DNA of 63,990 nucleotides, filler included, from Catajapyx aquilonaris (taxonomy: Eukaryota), in assembly GCA_000934665.2 (NCBI GenBank). It is 3 parts of 3 records of this genome, joined end to end, with 100 filler letters (N's around TTAATTAATTAA, not from the genome) between each part and the next. Parts side by side here need not be neighbours in the genome. Positions count along the whole stretch, not along the records: positions 1 to 21,320 come from JYFJ02006083.1; positions 21,421 to 42,734 come from JYFJ02006084.1; 1 more part is not named here. One strand, 5' to 3'. Shown here piece after piece: positions 13,377-28,851 of the stretch. How positions within the stretch are numbered: position 1 is the first letter of the stretch; each line of letters opens with the position of its first letter. The notes under the pieces are model-generated. The model made no database searches. It saw only the letters and a list, made by a program, of their open reading frames with translations, and was not told the origin of the DNA. The translations under genes and the position numbers were made by a program.

Positions 13377-16300
13377 GGTACAGCCAGCATTCTAATCTTC
13401 TTTATAATTGTAAGGCACTCATTATTATTATGATGGAAAAGAGTTACCCCAGGAGAATGGACCACTCGACTAATCATTTCTAATTTTCTTGAATACTTGA
13501 GTGGCTCTCCATATTTCTATAGGGTCTACACTTCAACTTCTGCACATAAAATTGGTAACGTACTTAAAAGAGGATGTACAGTATTTTAATGGCGTACTTT
13601 TGAAAGAAGATTCGTAGAGACGGAAATGAGAGCAACCTTTTTTCTCATGCTCTCAGCTCCTTTTGAACCATTTGCCTGTAGGCCTATTTTTTAATACAAA
13701 AAAGCAAAAAAAATCATGGATAGGTCACATCTTTTGACATTTCACTTCTGCTACCACCTTCGCGTATGCTCCAAAGTAGCTTTTGAGGTTGTGCAGCCAA
13801 CTGTATACAAGTAGTACCATTGATCACATTTGAAAATGGTGCCCTGGTGTATATTAATGCGAACCTGGGACACAAGTGGGCCACACATATATTTCTCCTC
13901 CCCATTTTCAAGCCCTCCCAAATTCCAGTCGCACTTCTCCAAAAAAGCGCAGGAATAAATGGGCAGGACTTTTGAGGATTCTCCAGGGATCCATACCAGG
14001 ATCAAAATCCGCTTTTTATTCTTACTTCCAGCTTCTGTGCATTTGGAATACCAAAAAACCTCGACGCCATTTAAAATAAAATCAAATTATGCGGCCATAA
14101 GGTGCGGAACAGTATTAAGCGTCGGGGTTCTAAATTGGCCTTGTTTCGTGAAGTCTGTAACCCGGAAAAGGGGCTCCGGATAACAAGTTTTATAGTCAGG
14201 AAAAGTCAGTGCGCGTGCTAGGAAAAGTAACGTTCGGATTTGCAGTAACGGTCGATCGCTACGAATTTCTCTGGAGAAAAAGGGTTCGGGAGAAAAACAT
14301 GTTAACCACCAGAGTTATATATATATTTTCTCCCGAACCCTTCATTTGGGGGGTGTGTAACGCTCCAAAAAATAAAAAAGTTTTTGCTTGAATTTGGTGG
14401 GAGAAAAATGTTGATTGGACACGGGTTGGGTTGGCATCCGTGGTAGGATGTCATTAATTGATTCATCTTCACGGGCGTTTAATCAAGCGTGATGCAGGAT
14501 GATGGAAGATGTCGCGTCTCATTCAAGATACGAGGGTCGTTCTTTCCAGGCCTGCTGGAGGGAAGCCAAAAAAAGGTGATTGATTTTACCCCCGTTTGAC
14601 CTCAGAATCCTGGTACATTTATTTTCTCCAGAGCCTGTGAGGTCCATTGTTCGGGGATCATGTTTTATTGTACTGCCGATATATTAGTAGCGGCTAATGT
14701 GCGATAGTGACTAGTACAGTGATTGACGTATAATATTCCAGCTCCCCGCAGTGGTAATATTATATAACTGTGCACATATTGTATTATATGTGATTAGGTT
14801 GCAATGGTTCAAATCCCAAACAGAATGGTTGGGTTTGAAATAGCATAAATACTAATTATGGAAGGTTTTGTTTGTAGTCTAAATGCGACTGATTTTTTTC
14901 AGTGAAATAGTCATGAATATTCCGCTATAGAATAGTGTCAGCATCACATGTCGTTCGTATAGAGAGATATCCGGTCGACTTGTAGATTTTTGATCAGCCA
15001 CACTTGCGCAAAATAATTCCTGTAATCCACTAAGCTGCCAATCAGCACCATGTGCTTTTCATAAAGGCTGCAATTTCAATTTAAAACGCATTACTGCACC
15101 TCTTTGTCACTTTATGAATTATTGATGCTTCGTTTCCAATAATAATGATTTTACAGTGCTCGTAATCATGCATCAGTCGCCATTGATTGGTTTGTTTCCA
15201 GTTTACTTTCACACCCATAACAAGTAGGGGTCCATCGGAAGTGAGGATGTCCTGTTTATTAATGCCCCAAAGCAAGAGCAAGTAGCAATAAACACTATTA
15301 TTACTGGAAGTGTTTCGTGATATGAATTTAATCACTACATTCATTGGCAGTGCTCTATTTTGAACGACGCCTTTTTTTCCATAAATGTAACTGCATTCCC
15401 AGCCAGATTGTCCCATGGAAAACACACATGCACAAAGCCGGCAATTAACCCAGCCCCGGAATCATACAAGAAGTTGCAAGACTAGTTTGGAACCACCTGC
15501 TTCTAGATTTCGGATATTTTGTTCCTGGTGCTCAAAGAGCGACTCCGGTGGCCCCCAAGTCGATAAACTTTATTTTGCACTTTGGAGATGTTGCGGGCCT
15601 AATTAGCTGCCGTGTTCTTTCGGGGGTCCCCCTCCGACCCCCTAAAGTTATGGGACCTCGACTTCGATGTTGACACAAGTTAGCCTCCTACTTCCAGAAA
15701 GTCAGCGGATGCAATCAATTCGGGGAGGGATTGTTTGCGAATATATATATTTGCAAAAGTTGCTAAAGATGATTTTGGTATAGGACTGCAGAGAAGTTTG
15801 GCTGGAAAAAGGTAGATTTAACGAGCAAAAGAAGGAGGCTCGAGTGCTGCCATCATCATTAGGAATTCCAGGCCGCCCTTTTTCCTAATGGCGGAGGAGA
15901 TCACGAAGCCTGCCACACTAGGGTTTGTTTACGGTCGACCAAGGGTGCCCCAAGGTGATGGGGGAGAATAACTATGAATTTGAGAGAGAGAAAATTATAT
16001 CCCACACCCACTCAGATAAGAGGAAATGTTTCAAAAATAACGTTTGGGTTGGCAGTTTGTGATGTCAACTGGGTTGACGATAAACACTGATTACATGGAT
16101 TACAACTGGAGCTCCGTGCAGTTGTTGGGGGGATTAACTCGGGGTCTTGTAAAGCAAACCCGGTTTCTCAGTCTGGGTACAACTTCGGGGAAGACTTGTC
16201 TTGTCGGTCGGTTTTATCGCTAAAATGTGGTAACGTGGTAGCTCCTGTGGAATTAATGATTTCCAGGACACTTCCCGTTTACAGAACTGTTTTTGATATA

Positions 16301-19300
16301 TTTGCTAGCCATTCAGGAGATCATATAACCTCTACCTGCTAGCTGCTACCACTACCTTGTTGACTGCTACGTAGGATTGATGATGTAGATGGGGATTTTA
16401 TAAAATGGTCGAAAAATAAAAAAGTATAGCCCACCGAGGTCCCTGTCAAGGGATTTCAGGCTTCAGGACCAGCCTTGGGATTAACAGTGCAAGCTGGTGA
16501 CGTCAAAATGGAGCCCGCGAAAGTGATAATGATCTGAAACGTGGTCTTTTAGAAAATAAGACCCCCTTTCCCCTCGTTCCCAAACCGATCTAGCTTGCAC
16601 TGAAAAATGTGTAGACTCGATTCGAGTAGCAATCGGACACTGAATTTTTTTTTTCAACTTCTTCCGGTGGTCGTTGAGCTAACGAAGAGTCCTGCTGGGG
16701 ATTGCCAACAGCCTTTGTGTGCGATTAAAAGGGGGAGCCAAAAGTCGTCTTCTTTTTTTTCTTCTCTCTATTTCTTACCCCTTCTCCAGCTCGACTCTGG
16801 AGAAAACAGTTTTTGGAGTTGGCCAAAATCAGCCCGAGTTTCATGGATCTGCAGTTCCAAGTAAGCCTAACGAGACGCACGATCTGTTAAGGCTATTCCG
16901 CAGTTTGAGTCCCAAAGTTTGGTGCAGCACTATAACCATACCCCAAGTTTCTCTGACAGGTGGGGTAACCGGGGCTAAAAGACCTTGCCGTTTTGTGCCA
17001 AAATTAATTTGGTATAAGCATTAGAGATTCAAGGTGCGGAGTGGATTACTCTTATTCCTTTCCCAGCCAGAAGTTGCGACATCAAAGGAGACCAGGATGC
17101 ATAAAAGGGCGGAATCGAAAAGCGGATTGGGAGAAGTGCAAGGATTCAAAGTTTGCGTCTCATTCATTCAGACCCATAATGCGAGACCTAATGAGGTCTG
17201 ATTATGTGGACTAATGTTTTTGCTGGGTTGTTAATTTAATTTTTGATTGGATAATGCGACAGTTTTAAGATCAGCTTTCATGATCATATTCAATGCTTTT
17301 CTATGGGCATCCGAATAGTAATCTACAATTCAACATATTTCATTATACTGTACCAGCAGGATGATAATTTTTGTTAGAGATGACGCCTATATGAAGCTTT
17401 TAGCTTGGTAAATTATACACTAAAAGTTGTCTGTTATTTTAATAGTGTTCTGCTCTGCTAAATTCGCAAAAACACGTTTCCATTATTTATAATGTAGTCA
17501 TTAAATGTCCCCGTCCGTCGGGACGAGGGAAACTTTCGTAATGTAAAAAATTCCAGATGAGTCCAGCAGATTTTACTGCAATGCAGTTATGCAACCAAAT
17601 GAGCATATCATTAAATATCAACACAAAACATCTTCTAGTAGCCTGCAGATATATCAAACAGAATTTAATTAATTATCCCTTTTGTACAACGTGCACCAAA
17701 GTGACCTTTGAAGCAGACTTTTGTTAATTTGCCGATTCCCTATGCAATTTTCCCCTATTTCATTTCATTTTTTAAATATATAATTACATAGACTGTTATA
17801 GCAATATTTGCTCTAAAAGCCCGTCATGCATAAACCCCCCTTGTAGCCAAAGGGAATCTGGGAAATAATTAGCCCAACCATTTCAAGCAGCCGTGTGAAA
17901 ACAAACGCGAAATTCCTGGAATAATTAATTTAACTTTGGCGAACTTCCATCCATATCACGCTGCTCGAATTGGATCATGTTTACACTCAAGACGATCCTA
18001 GACAAGCAGACGCCTACACATCATCGATTCCATAATATCAACCTAATAAAATTAAAAACTTAAAAAATATGGTGATATGGGTACTAAATACTGACCAAAT
18101 ATATTATTGTGGCCTCTTACACTTGCATTTGGCCCGATTTGGCCGATAGTACAATTTGGCTGAAACCTACCATCCACCGAGTTACGTAATTTATGAACCC
18201 AACAGCGACCCGCCTTACAGTTTAGCATGCAAGATCAGCTAATTCCCTAATGCAGTCTTGCTTTATTTGGCAGTGTTTCACCAGCCCGAGGTAGTAAAAG
18301 TCCGCCAAAATCGATAGGAGGGACACCATCGGCGCTGGGATGCTAATTGGACCCGAAAAGTTCTGCCCTCCCCCAAAAAAAACACACGAAAAGAAAATCC
18401 CGCACTTTTTTTTCTCTCTTTTCAAAAAACGAACGTGTGGAAAACGTCTGGGCGGGAAAATCTCGGCGTCTACAAGTCGATTAGCCCTGGACACGGCCTT
18501 CCAGAGCTGACCTCTCGGACAACTTCAACCTGTCCCTAATTGGGGAGTTGCTAGAGGGGTAATGAGTGCACCGCCATAAAGCTTTAAATCAAGGAATGCG
18601 AACCGACTGCTTCTCATCCAATGTTGCATATACACACCGTGGGTGGAGACATGCTACGATACGTCTTAAGAAACTGTAATCGATATTGAATGTCTCTATC
18701 TCGTGAGGACCACCGACGGAATAAGATAAAACCGCTGACAGGAATATAACATGTCATCTGGGTCCGAGATTAATGGGTAGGTATTAATCAATTAGGTCTC
18801 GGGTGGTGCTTATGAGAGATGTGGTTGAGAGGAGGTGGGATGTGCAGAAGAAGATAGGAAGGGCAACTGAGGACGAGCTAGATAGATGGAGCTGTAATTT
18901 TCCTTTGTTTGCGAAACATGCGGTGGGTTGAGCCGCCTGAAATTGCGAGCCAATCCTTCGGCACGTCTCAGCCCATGTTTAAATATAAAGTAATTAAAAT
19001 GTTAGTCTGAACTGCAGCTTTAGATTGGGTGCTAGATTGGACCAATCAGACAGTGCTGATGCCGTCAAGCTGCGTCCAAATTTAACTCAATCCGAAAACT
19101 AGCCTAATATTTTAATGAGTAAATCCTTGAGTTGTAGAACTCAACAAAGTTTGGTTTTGGGACTTTTCCCTCAATCAGCTTCAGCACTCTCAGTAATCCG
19201 AAAGTGGGTTAGGTAGCCCGGACATACAAACAGAAACTTTCTGCTGTGCATATTATGTAAGATGTTACGAGTTAAATGCCATTTATTAGCTCCTGAAGAT

Positions 19301-21138
19301 ACGTAACTTATACATTTCACTGCATTTAACGTCAGAGCAGGTTAAACGGCCCATAATTTTACCTACGTCCACTAATAGTCTGCTAACAAGGACATGTCCG
19401 TTTTTCTACTCGCCTTTGTAGAGAAAACAAAGAGGTTCAGCACAGGACAGACTTTATTCGATGGAACAACAGGAGCTGATTGCAAGCTGGAGGACCTTTT
19501 TGGATGTTCAGCCAGGCCTGAGTGTCTTCCATCTTGGTTTGCCCCATCCACATGTCAAATATGATTCTTTCAGCCAACTCTTTTGATTCCGCCTTAACGA
19601 TGCCTTGGCTCGATTGCTCCTTCTTTCATGTTACTCCTGCAGGAAGGAAACTACACTCCAGAGACCCTTTTTTTCCTCTCCTTCATTTATGTCTTTTTAC
19701 TTTCCTTTTCCTGCGCTCTTGACTGCTCTTAGCTCGAAATGGAGTTGCGTGCTTGAGCTTATAGGAAACCCAAGTGATAGAATCCCCGTTGTTCAGCTCA
19801 CGCTATAGGATGGGATACACAGCATCTGCAGTAAGCCGGCGCATTACATTTTCAGGGGTTCTAACATATGTAATTCGGCAACGTCTGAACAAGTTTGGGA
19901 ACATTTTGGAACCGCCGGGGAGTCCTTCCTAAACTGGAAACTAACTCTGGTCCGATGAGCTATTAGGAAAGAGTGATCATGCCGAATATCATGAGCCAGT
20001 CTCTATCGCCTTATTAAACGGGCAGAAATGTGGAAAACGTGTCTGGAAACTACAGCCTATGCCAAACCCGAAACGACCCTTCCGCTTCGGTGGGTACATC
20101 AAATGGCGGGTGAGGTGCCACTTAAAACAAATCCTATTGGAATTGTGGGGGTGGGGACTGGGGGAGGTGGGGCTTTGTCGGCGGAAAACTGAGTGAAAGG
20201 GGAGCTTGACCACTGGTACAACCATTCCAATCATCTGATTAATTATCCCTCTCCCACTGGGGCCACCCCATTTTCAAGCCGTGTAACAGTTGGAATGAGC
20301 TCTGGGGGTTTGATATACGGTAGGTTTTGTGAAGTATAGTGATGATCGCCGCCTTTTGTTGCGTTATGGCAGGAGGCGTGTTGGCGTATCGGTGATGACA
20401 GCATATGATGGGATCCATAGTCCATACACAGGGCGAGTTAGTTTGACCTACACTTTTGACTCACCCTGTACACCGCCACACATCTATCCAATATCATATC
20501 CGTGTGGAGCGAGGGGTGGTCTCCCATCCTTTATCCATCCGACAACATATGGGCAGCCATTTTGGCTTAGTTAACCCTCGTCGTGGTTCAGTGACCAGAC
20601 CAGGAGTCAGTTGGCTAGTGTGCATATCGTGGGACCTTCAGGAAAATGAGAGAGGAGATTGGGGGAGCAAACTATTCAATTATGGTGGATGATGGATCAG
20701 TAACAATGGCACTGGTGTTCATATGAATTTTATTATTTATTATATCACACATTTGATGATAAATCTGCGCTTGAAACTTCTTTATAAACAAGGCAAACTT
20801 GAGGAAGTACTGTCGTTACTTTTAAATTGTACGTCATTATTTCGAGATGAATCTAGCTCGTCTAGAAATACTTTGAAAAGTTATTTTAACAGATGGGCAC
20901 TTTCCCAATTCCCTTGCACGTGTATCCGTACAACCTGCCGACGGACGTTTCGGAGTAAGCCTGCAGAAGCTCCATTCTCCTTCGTCGCAATTGAATTCTG
21001 TGATTTCACCAGGCCGAAGATCTCTTGGATCGACCTCTCGTTTGGTCGTCTGGCATATATACTGTTTAGAATGATAGATTCTACAGACCTCAGCACAATA
21101 TACGTACTTGGAAACTTCTGCATGCCTGCCATCATATT

Positions 21139-21320
21139 TAAGGGGCGATAGCCCCTTAGTAAGACCGTAGCATAGATTTCAACAATGAATTTCTTCAACA
21201 TCTTCTTGTTGTTCTTGTTACGCTTTTTTTATTCGCCCTAACTCAAGTTCTGCTGTAGGTAGAGCTTCCAAATTTTGAACACAGATGCCCACCGTCGTGA
21301 AGTGCATTCCTACCATTTAC
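21139..21320 (-). mobile_element. Helentron-associated/DINE-like element (family H2), hairpin end, truncated by the gap
   Basis: Terminal 8-bp hairpin TAAGGGGC-GATA-GCCCCTTA next to subterminal AGTAAGACC and a (TTCTTG)-type microsatellite. A homologous inverted copy is at 62285-62486. Confidence 0.65.
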
Positions 21321-21420
21321 NNNNNNNNNNNNNNNNNNNNNNNNNNNNNNNNNNNNNNNNNNNNTTAATTAATTAANNNNNNNNNNNNNNNNNNNNNNNN
21401 NNNNNNNNNNNNNNNNNNNN
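21321..21420. other. Artificial contig linker
   Basis: 44 N + TTAATTAATTAA + 44 N, identical to 42735-42834. Confidence 0.97.
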
Positions 21421-24400
21421 TCAATCGTTTGGCCTTAGGCCGGACGTAGTTTTCTTCTGGAAGGCATTTTGTATCCAGAAGTTTACAAAATGTCAGGAAC
21501 TAACATTGCTTGAATCGGATTGAATACTGAATATTTAACTTCTAGTCGCCTTAATCAGTTGCTTGGTTTCCTTTGTAAATACAGTAACAGATTTTTACCG
21601 TTACAAGTTGCCTGCACATAATTTTATCAGGATGATTTTTACACCTGCACGTTATTCATTATGCCTAATTAATTAAAATAATATGATTAATTTATTGCTG
21701 GAAATCTGCGTGACAATTCTGTGCGCCTATCCTGATGACGATCTATACTGGGGTGTAGCATTTTTCTTGTGTGTGTACTCGCGAGCTGGAGAATTTTTTT
21801 CAAAGCATTCTTTTGCGTTAAATGCAATATTGCGTAGAGGATGTGTGGTACTGTGAGTTCCTATTTTTCTGCGAAAACAAGGGAATGAAAAAGCTTTCTG
21901 AGTAAGGGCAGATGCCACAAAAAATCTCTTGGCCGCCTCTGGCACAATTCTTTTATGTCCCCCTTCTTTCCAACCCGCCTTCCTTTCTGCACCAAACCAC
22001 TTTGAGAAATGGGGAGATGATAACAAAGAGAGCGTACTTTTTTGCTGCCTCTTTATTTACCTGGCATAATGATTAAAAACTTTTTATCAAAGTGAGTTTG
22101 CTTATGAAGGATGTTCACCCTGACACAAGGGCCAGAGGAGGAAACCCAGGAGTAGGGGACCTAACGAATTAAATTATATGAGCAAGCACTTGATATATGA
22201 TGCAAATTTAGGAATACATGCAAAAAGGAAAAGGATATATAAAAGCAGAGGAAAAGGTGCCATGCCTTTTCCCTTCCACACCCCCCTTTTATGTTTCAGC
22301 AGGGAACGCGTTCCAGTTGCCATTGCTCTATACTTTTATAGAAACAGCACGCGAAAGGGCATCTCTGGGAAATGTCTTGGATATTTTTTATCACTTCGTA
22401 TATTGCGCAGACAACAACAAAAAAGAGTTTCTTTATCTGAAACCCGCGTGTCCTGCCAAGAAGAATATAAAGGCGTCAGGATAGTGCAAAGGAGTTGGGG
22501 GATATTTTATCCCACGCAATTCTTTTACTGTGTGCGAGTGTTGGAGTAGCGGAAAGATCTCAAAGTCCAAACATCTCTCCGAGAGGACCTCTTTCATCCG
22601 GAAATAATTGCACCTGATGTGTACACGCACTGTTGTCATTTCATTGTCTACCAGGCATTTGTTCTAGAGTGCATGTTGCTTACTACTAGAAAATTGCACC
22701 TTAAATGAACCAGATAATTTGTTAAAATATCTACAATTCTACATAGATGCATGTAGAACAAAGCCAGCTCTTGTTGAAATCGGTTGCTTCCAACTGATCT
22801 ATTAATTAGGTGACATCACAATGGAAATGACTTATTTCGCATTTTTATAGGTTAGTTTGACTATCATTGTCAGGTCAATTATGATAGGCCACTTATATAA
22901 TAAATGGTGAATATGTTCCGATACAGGATAATAAGAGTTTCAAGGCTTTGTCAGGTCATAACGCAGCCTTATCGCTGTTTGGCAAGCTTTGATAGCAGAA
23001 TCGATTGCCAAACATCAAGGGAGGTATTCCACAGCATATAAAGCCGATGCCATTATCTTCCGTTCTATCTTACTGTGCGACATCATTCAAATCATGTACC
23101 ATATCCTATTTACTCGTGATAAATATGCACCCTGGAGGTGTCTGATTAGATCTATCAGATTTTTCTGGTGAAAGATTAATGTCACTAATTGATTCGAAGC
23201 CGATATTGATTTAACATGCAAGATTTTGCTAATGTATTTGCTCGCTTCAGATTTTTAACCTGCTGGATGGATTGGCAACTGTCACTTTGTCAAAGTGCTT
23301 GGAACATAATGTGGCAGATCACGAAGCATACAAATTAATTCTCTGGAATTTCAGGTATTCCATCATTATTGGCGGGAATTTTGATTAATGTTGTTTACGT
23401 TTCCGCCGACATTTCACGGCGCCGCGTCATCATTTCTGTCGAATCTAATTTGACGACAAATCTACTGACCCCCTATAACTTTCATTTGCATATCAAAATC
23501 AGAGCCTAGGACAGAGGTGGGAGGAAAGAGGGGAGGGGATTTTGGTCTCATTCTAACGACTATAAAATATATGCCTCGATTTTTATGAAGGTCTGACACC
23601 ATGAATCATCTTCAAGCAAGTCGTAAATTTAGGGAGGGAGGGGGCGGGAAAGAGAGAATTTGGAAAGAAAAATAGCGATAAACCGAATGTAATCAAGTGA
23701 TCTCCCTGGGGAAGACGTAGACGGATTCTGCTTTGGAACACAAAGGCAGCAGCATCGTGCCGCCATTCGACTGAAGAACGACCTCGACTCCTCAAGTTAT
23801 AGAACATTTTTCTTTTCCGGCGAGATAGCAGCCACCAGATTTTATATCGCAGGGGAATCCTTGAGTGAGTGGGAAGACAATAACTCCTACTTTACGACTG
23901 CGGGAGAGATATCGGTAACGTACGGGCCGTCGGAAGGCTTGCAAAGATGGCTGCTGTGCCCTAGGACTCAAACACTCACTTGTAGACTTACAAGGCTTCC
24001 AAACCTGTTCCAAACTCAGAATGGCAGAAAGCGGCTCCGTATTACAGAACTGCCTATTTTCGTTGGAATCCTTGAGACAAGCCTTGGACTCCCTTGCGTT
24101 GTTCCGGAATTTTTTCAACACTCCTATAGAATATTTCGGACACAGCAAGTTCTAAAAAATATAGAATGATAAATTATTCTAGTGTATCTGAATCACCCCA
24201 TGGGGCTTCTTGGCCTGTGTCTTCCTAGACTCTACTGTGGGTACAGTAATTCTGATGGTGTCCCCTTCTGCGCTGGCATTTCCCTTAGTAATAATATTTC
24301 TTCTGTATTTTTTTGTGCCTTATCCCTGTCATTATGCACGTTACTTTCTTCTTTGGCATGCGTATTATAGACAATGTTTTGTAATAATAGTATGCAGACA

Positions 24401-27400
24401 CACCTATAGGGTTCCCTTGTTCCTGTATACATATTCGTGACACTCTCCGCTTATGGCTCACTGGTTCTCTTTTATTTGAAACTTGAGGATTGGGACCGAA
24501 GATATGGATGGACTTTTCCTTTTTTCAACACTTGAGCCTGTAAGGTGATGAACTACAGTATTATGAACGATAAGGAGTTTTGTAGCTTTGCCCAATATAA
24601 TGTCAGAGGCTGCAGCGAGAAAAATGGCCTGCACATGGCAAGGAAAGCTCGAGAAATAAAAGAGAAGCGACACCACCCCTACCCTTCTGCCTCAACTCAT
24701 CATTGCTCTAAATGGTCTTACTGACACGTCTGGTATTATACCGCTGCGCTGGAGTGGTGGTTGACCTGCTCAATAGGTTGGATGGGATACCCTCTGTCAC
24801 CCCACCTGAATTCTCATGACTTTGGTATTATTCCAAAGCAGCCAATATCCAATGCATGGAAAGAATTTTTTAAAACACATTCTACCCAATCTGTGCCATA
24901 GGCATTCAACGGCTACCACGTAGCGGTACATAAACAAGGGTGTCAGCAACCTTGTCTTCTACCACAATGCTGCCGCTATCTTTACGTTTTATACAATATA
25001 ATGAGGTAAGTGGGTCTATTGGTAATATTTTTAAATGCAATCCCAAGATTTTGTATTCCTTGTAATGATGGAGGTGGGGAGAAAGCTGACATTCCTGTAT
25101 TGTTTCCACTTTTTAAACTGTGCTAGAAAACACTCGAAAAATAGAAAATGTCGCACAGTTATTTTTTATGTATAGACTCCGGCGTTCTTTGAAACAAATG
25201 AAACATATCCAGGAGTTTAAATCGCTCGTGCAATATATTCCGATGTATATAACCTACCATTTACTCTCAACTACAGTATACTGTTCAAATCCCCAGTTCA
25301 AGAAGGGATAGAAGTAGTAGTTATGGATTGTTTACCCCTGCAAACAGTTTACAAGGAAGAACCACGTTGGAAGCAGAGATCAATGACACTTTTATAGTTG
25401 TCGTGATTGCTAGTCTACTATTCTAAGCTGGTGCTGTGACAAAAAAATCTATAACCACCACATCAATTACTCTCTTTGACCGTGGACTTGGGAAGGCCAC
25501 ATAATGTGCATTATTTAACTCTTAATGGAATTTCTTCTCGTTGTTCATCGCATTTTTGAACACGCATGCTGAGCCTTGAAGGCTCAAAATTCTCTATTAG
25601 TCGCAAACTTTTTTGGACTCGTCAGCACTTCCATTACTCATTCCTGGCTTTCCCTACTGTTGCTCAAAGTATGCAGAGGAACTCTTTGCTGCGAAATGCA
25701 ATAATTACAGTCTACGTTATCCACAACGTTTCACAGTACAGACACATCACGAATTCTGCTCCGTGTGCTACTGACCTGAGAAATGACGCAAGTTTTTTGA
25801 GGCTAGTCACGAAGTCGTATCTCCCCCAAGTTAAAATGTAATGGCCTCCTGCGTTTTATGTGGCCGGGATGTCGAAAGTACAGTATTTGGTGTCATGAAG
25901 TTGTGTGGCCCAGGAGGGATTGGGAGGCACGACTGGGATGTTGTTTACTGCTCTCTAATGCTATCCTTCAGGGGGTTTCCCTCTCTGTGACGTATAGGCC
26001 GGCAGTGGCTTTTCTATGGCTTTATGCCACACCCTTTGTCCCGAGAGTTTCATTTCCACTATTACTTTTATTTATTTTTTGCTTCATAAGAAGCGAGGTA
26101 GTTACTTTAAAACTTGCCCCGTCAGGATGAACCCAGGAAGGTGTTTGTTGCTTAAAAATGTATGGCAAAAATGTATATTTTTCTCATTTTTGGTGCTAAC
26201 TATCTGCAGGAATGTGAGATGCAGGGACAAGTTGTAAGAGCTAACATCCCTAGACACAGGTTGCCAACAACCGGCTTATTATTGATAGGACCAGCCTCTA
26301 CCGAGGCTGCTTCACGGATTGTGTCCAACTACTATCCTCTCTCTTCCCCGTCATGCCCGACACGCGATACCCCCACAACCTGCCATCTTTCGGCAAAACT
26401 GACAACTCTTTAGTAACTCCATCTAGAGTATCCTGGGTGTCACAAATTGCAAGGTTGAAACAATACCATTTTGTGTTTTTTTTCTGGGAGAGTGCTGTCT
26501 ACCGGAGAGACCTAATCACACTAAGAATGATGCAAAAAATTCCGGGCATGGGAACGAACCAGGACCTTTCTAGCATCGGGTGCTACCAAGCGTTTTGAAT
26601 AGGCTCCGTACAAAGCGCCATTTCAAACATTATTTTACAGGCCAAAACCTTTTTGTAAGGAAATATTGTATAACCTTAACGATTCCACTCGTCAAACATT
26701 GAATATCGGTTTCGGATGGGATATCATGATTGCACGGTGTAGGGTTTGCCCTTGGAAGGCGACAGACTCACCATTTCCTCTCAGGCTCCCAAATTCTCAA
26801 TCGACTATAGGCGCTGGCCGCAATCTCGGCCCAATTTCAATTTGGCTGCCGAGAAGGAATGAAGGAAGAATGAGGGGAATCCCATCCCAGACTCGCAGAC
26901 TCAAACACCGCAAACTTTTCTCGCAATCGCTCTTCCACTATAGCACGCTTCATTTCACCCCGACTTGGATGTCTGGCCTTGACAGTTAATTTCTTCCCAA
27001 TGTATTCCAGGAGGCCATCTTCTTCTCTCTTTTTATATAGCTCTTCAGGTTACTGACTTGAAGGTGAAACCTTGGCGCAGGTTTGGAAATTTAATTTCAT
27101 CTTCCATGCAAGAGCTGAAAGTGAAGCTTGGCTGCAGCTGAATTGCATTAGCGGAGGCCTAATTTAATTGTGCGAGCAAAGTTGTACATTATTAATGATA
27201 TGTAATAATGTTTCTAGGGACCGGTCTTGGTGGCAGAAAGGCCCTTAATGCAAGTATAAAGAGGGGTAATCAGACACGGCGCAAGTAGGAAGAGGTTTGT
27301 TCAGTGCTCGCTTCATTCTATGTATATTGGAACTGGTGATGTGTGGGGAGTTGGACCCTTGTCTTCGGACTGGACCTACGAACCCTTTTACCTTATTTTG

Positions 27401-28851
27401 AAAGCACAGCCGGCACAGCACAACTCTGAATGAGAATGAATGAAATATTTCAGATCTATACAATATGTAATTCAATTTCCATAATGCATCACCTTATGAA
27501 AATTGGTGTTTGTTCACATTTAAGACATATTGTACCCCTTGCGCATACAGTCAATTTCTACGTCACGAGGGATGTAAATATCATTGTAACCATGTAATCC
27601 CTAATGGCATGTATAGGTTTACGTTCTGAAGAGGGTGACAGTGGGTAACAACTTGTGCCTTTATACATTGGTATCCAGCTTAATATCTCTGGCGGCTCTC
27701 TGCCACACCTATACAAAGGGTAGACTACAGGAAAAAAGTTCCACTGATTACGGAAATTCTTATTTCTCAAAAGTATAGAAATACAGCGCCAATAAGATAG
27801 TTTTTTATTGTCTAGATGAAATTTATGTCATCGCGAAATTATATTTGTCCAACTTATGTGTATTATGGAGGCTATATAATTTTATAGCCTACTTTTTACA
27901 ACTAATGACGTCCACGACACGGGATGGAGAAAATGGATGTGGGCATGTACACTAACTTGGAAGTAAACCCATAAGACATTCAATATTATTCTGTGGCGAA
28001 TCAAACTTCCCAATGGCATAAATATAATATGGACTTCAAATTAGTGTTTTGCCCTTGTTCTTATACAAATTGTAGCTGTGGGCGTTCCCTTTATGGTTCT
28101 TCGAATTTGATCCCGGGACGACCTGCTGGTCATATCCTCCAGTCTCCTCATTGTCACTGTTGTTCGTTGTCAGCCTGCCAGAGTGGTCCGTTGACAGTCT
28201 CTACCTGCAATTCATCGCCCATTAAAATGTATCGCAACACGGTAATACTTGGTTAGTTTAGCTCCTTCTCGAGACATAGCAGGTGTCAATATGTATACAG
28301 GGTGAGCCAGAAATGCAGGTAATAAATATGCAGCGAAACAAGTTCCTTTCGGCTTGCTGCTGGTCTCACCGGTCCATGCACAAAGCACAAGTGCTATTTG
28401 GAGACCCCTTGTGATATCAAGTTATAGTGTGACGTTCCATAATTTATTTACACAAATGATTGATCACAAATGGATCTAGCACAGCGAGTGCTGCATAAAG
28501 TAACCCTAACATTACATTCCTTATAAATTAAATAACCAACGCCTGGAAAAATGTGATTCAATGCAGTAAATTTTGCTAACGAATCAAATACAGTATAATC
28601 TAATTAATAGATACAGAAGAGGGAGGAGTAATGATTGGATATGTATCCGGGCATCAAATACCTGAAAAGGCTCGGGTTGTCCGTAGAAGTAGTGCCATAT
28701 AACCTGAGGCAAGACAATGAAGAAGAAAAAATACACGATGTATGGCCACACAGTGCAAAGCTCCTGTGTTCCAGTATTCCATTCCAAAGTGTATGGTGGG
28801 AAATCTGGCAAGTTGTTCATACGACGCAGGTCCATGATGCGACGCTTTATA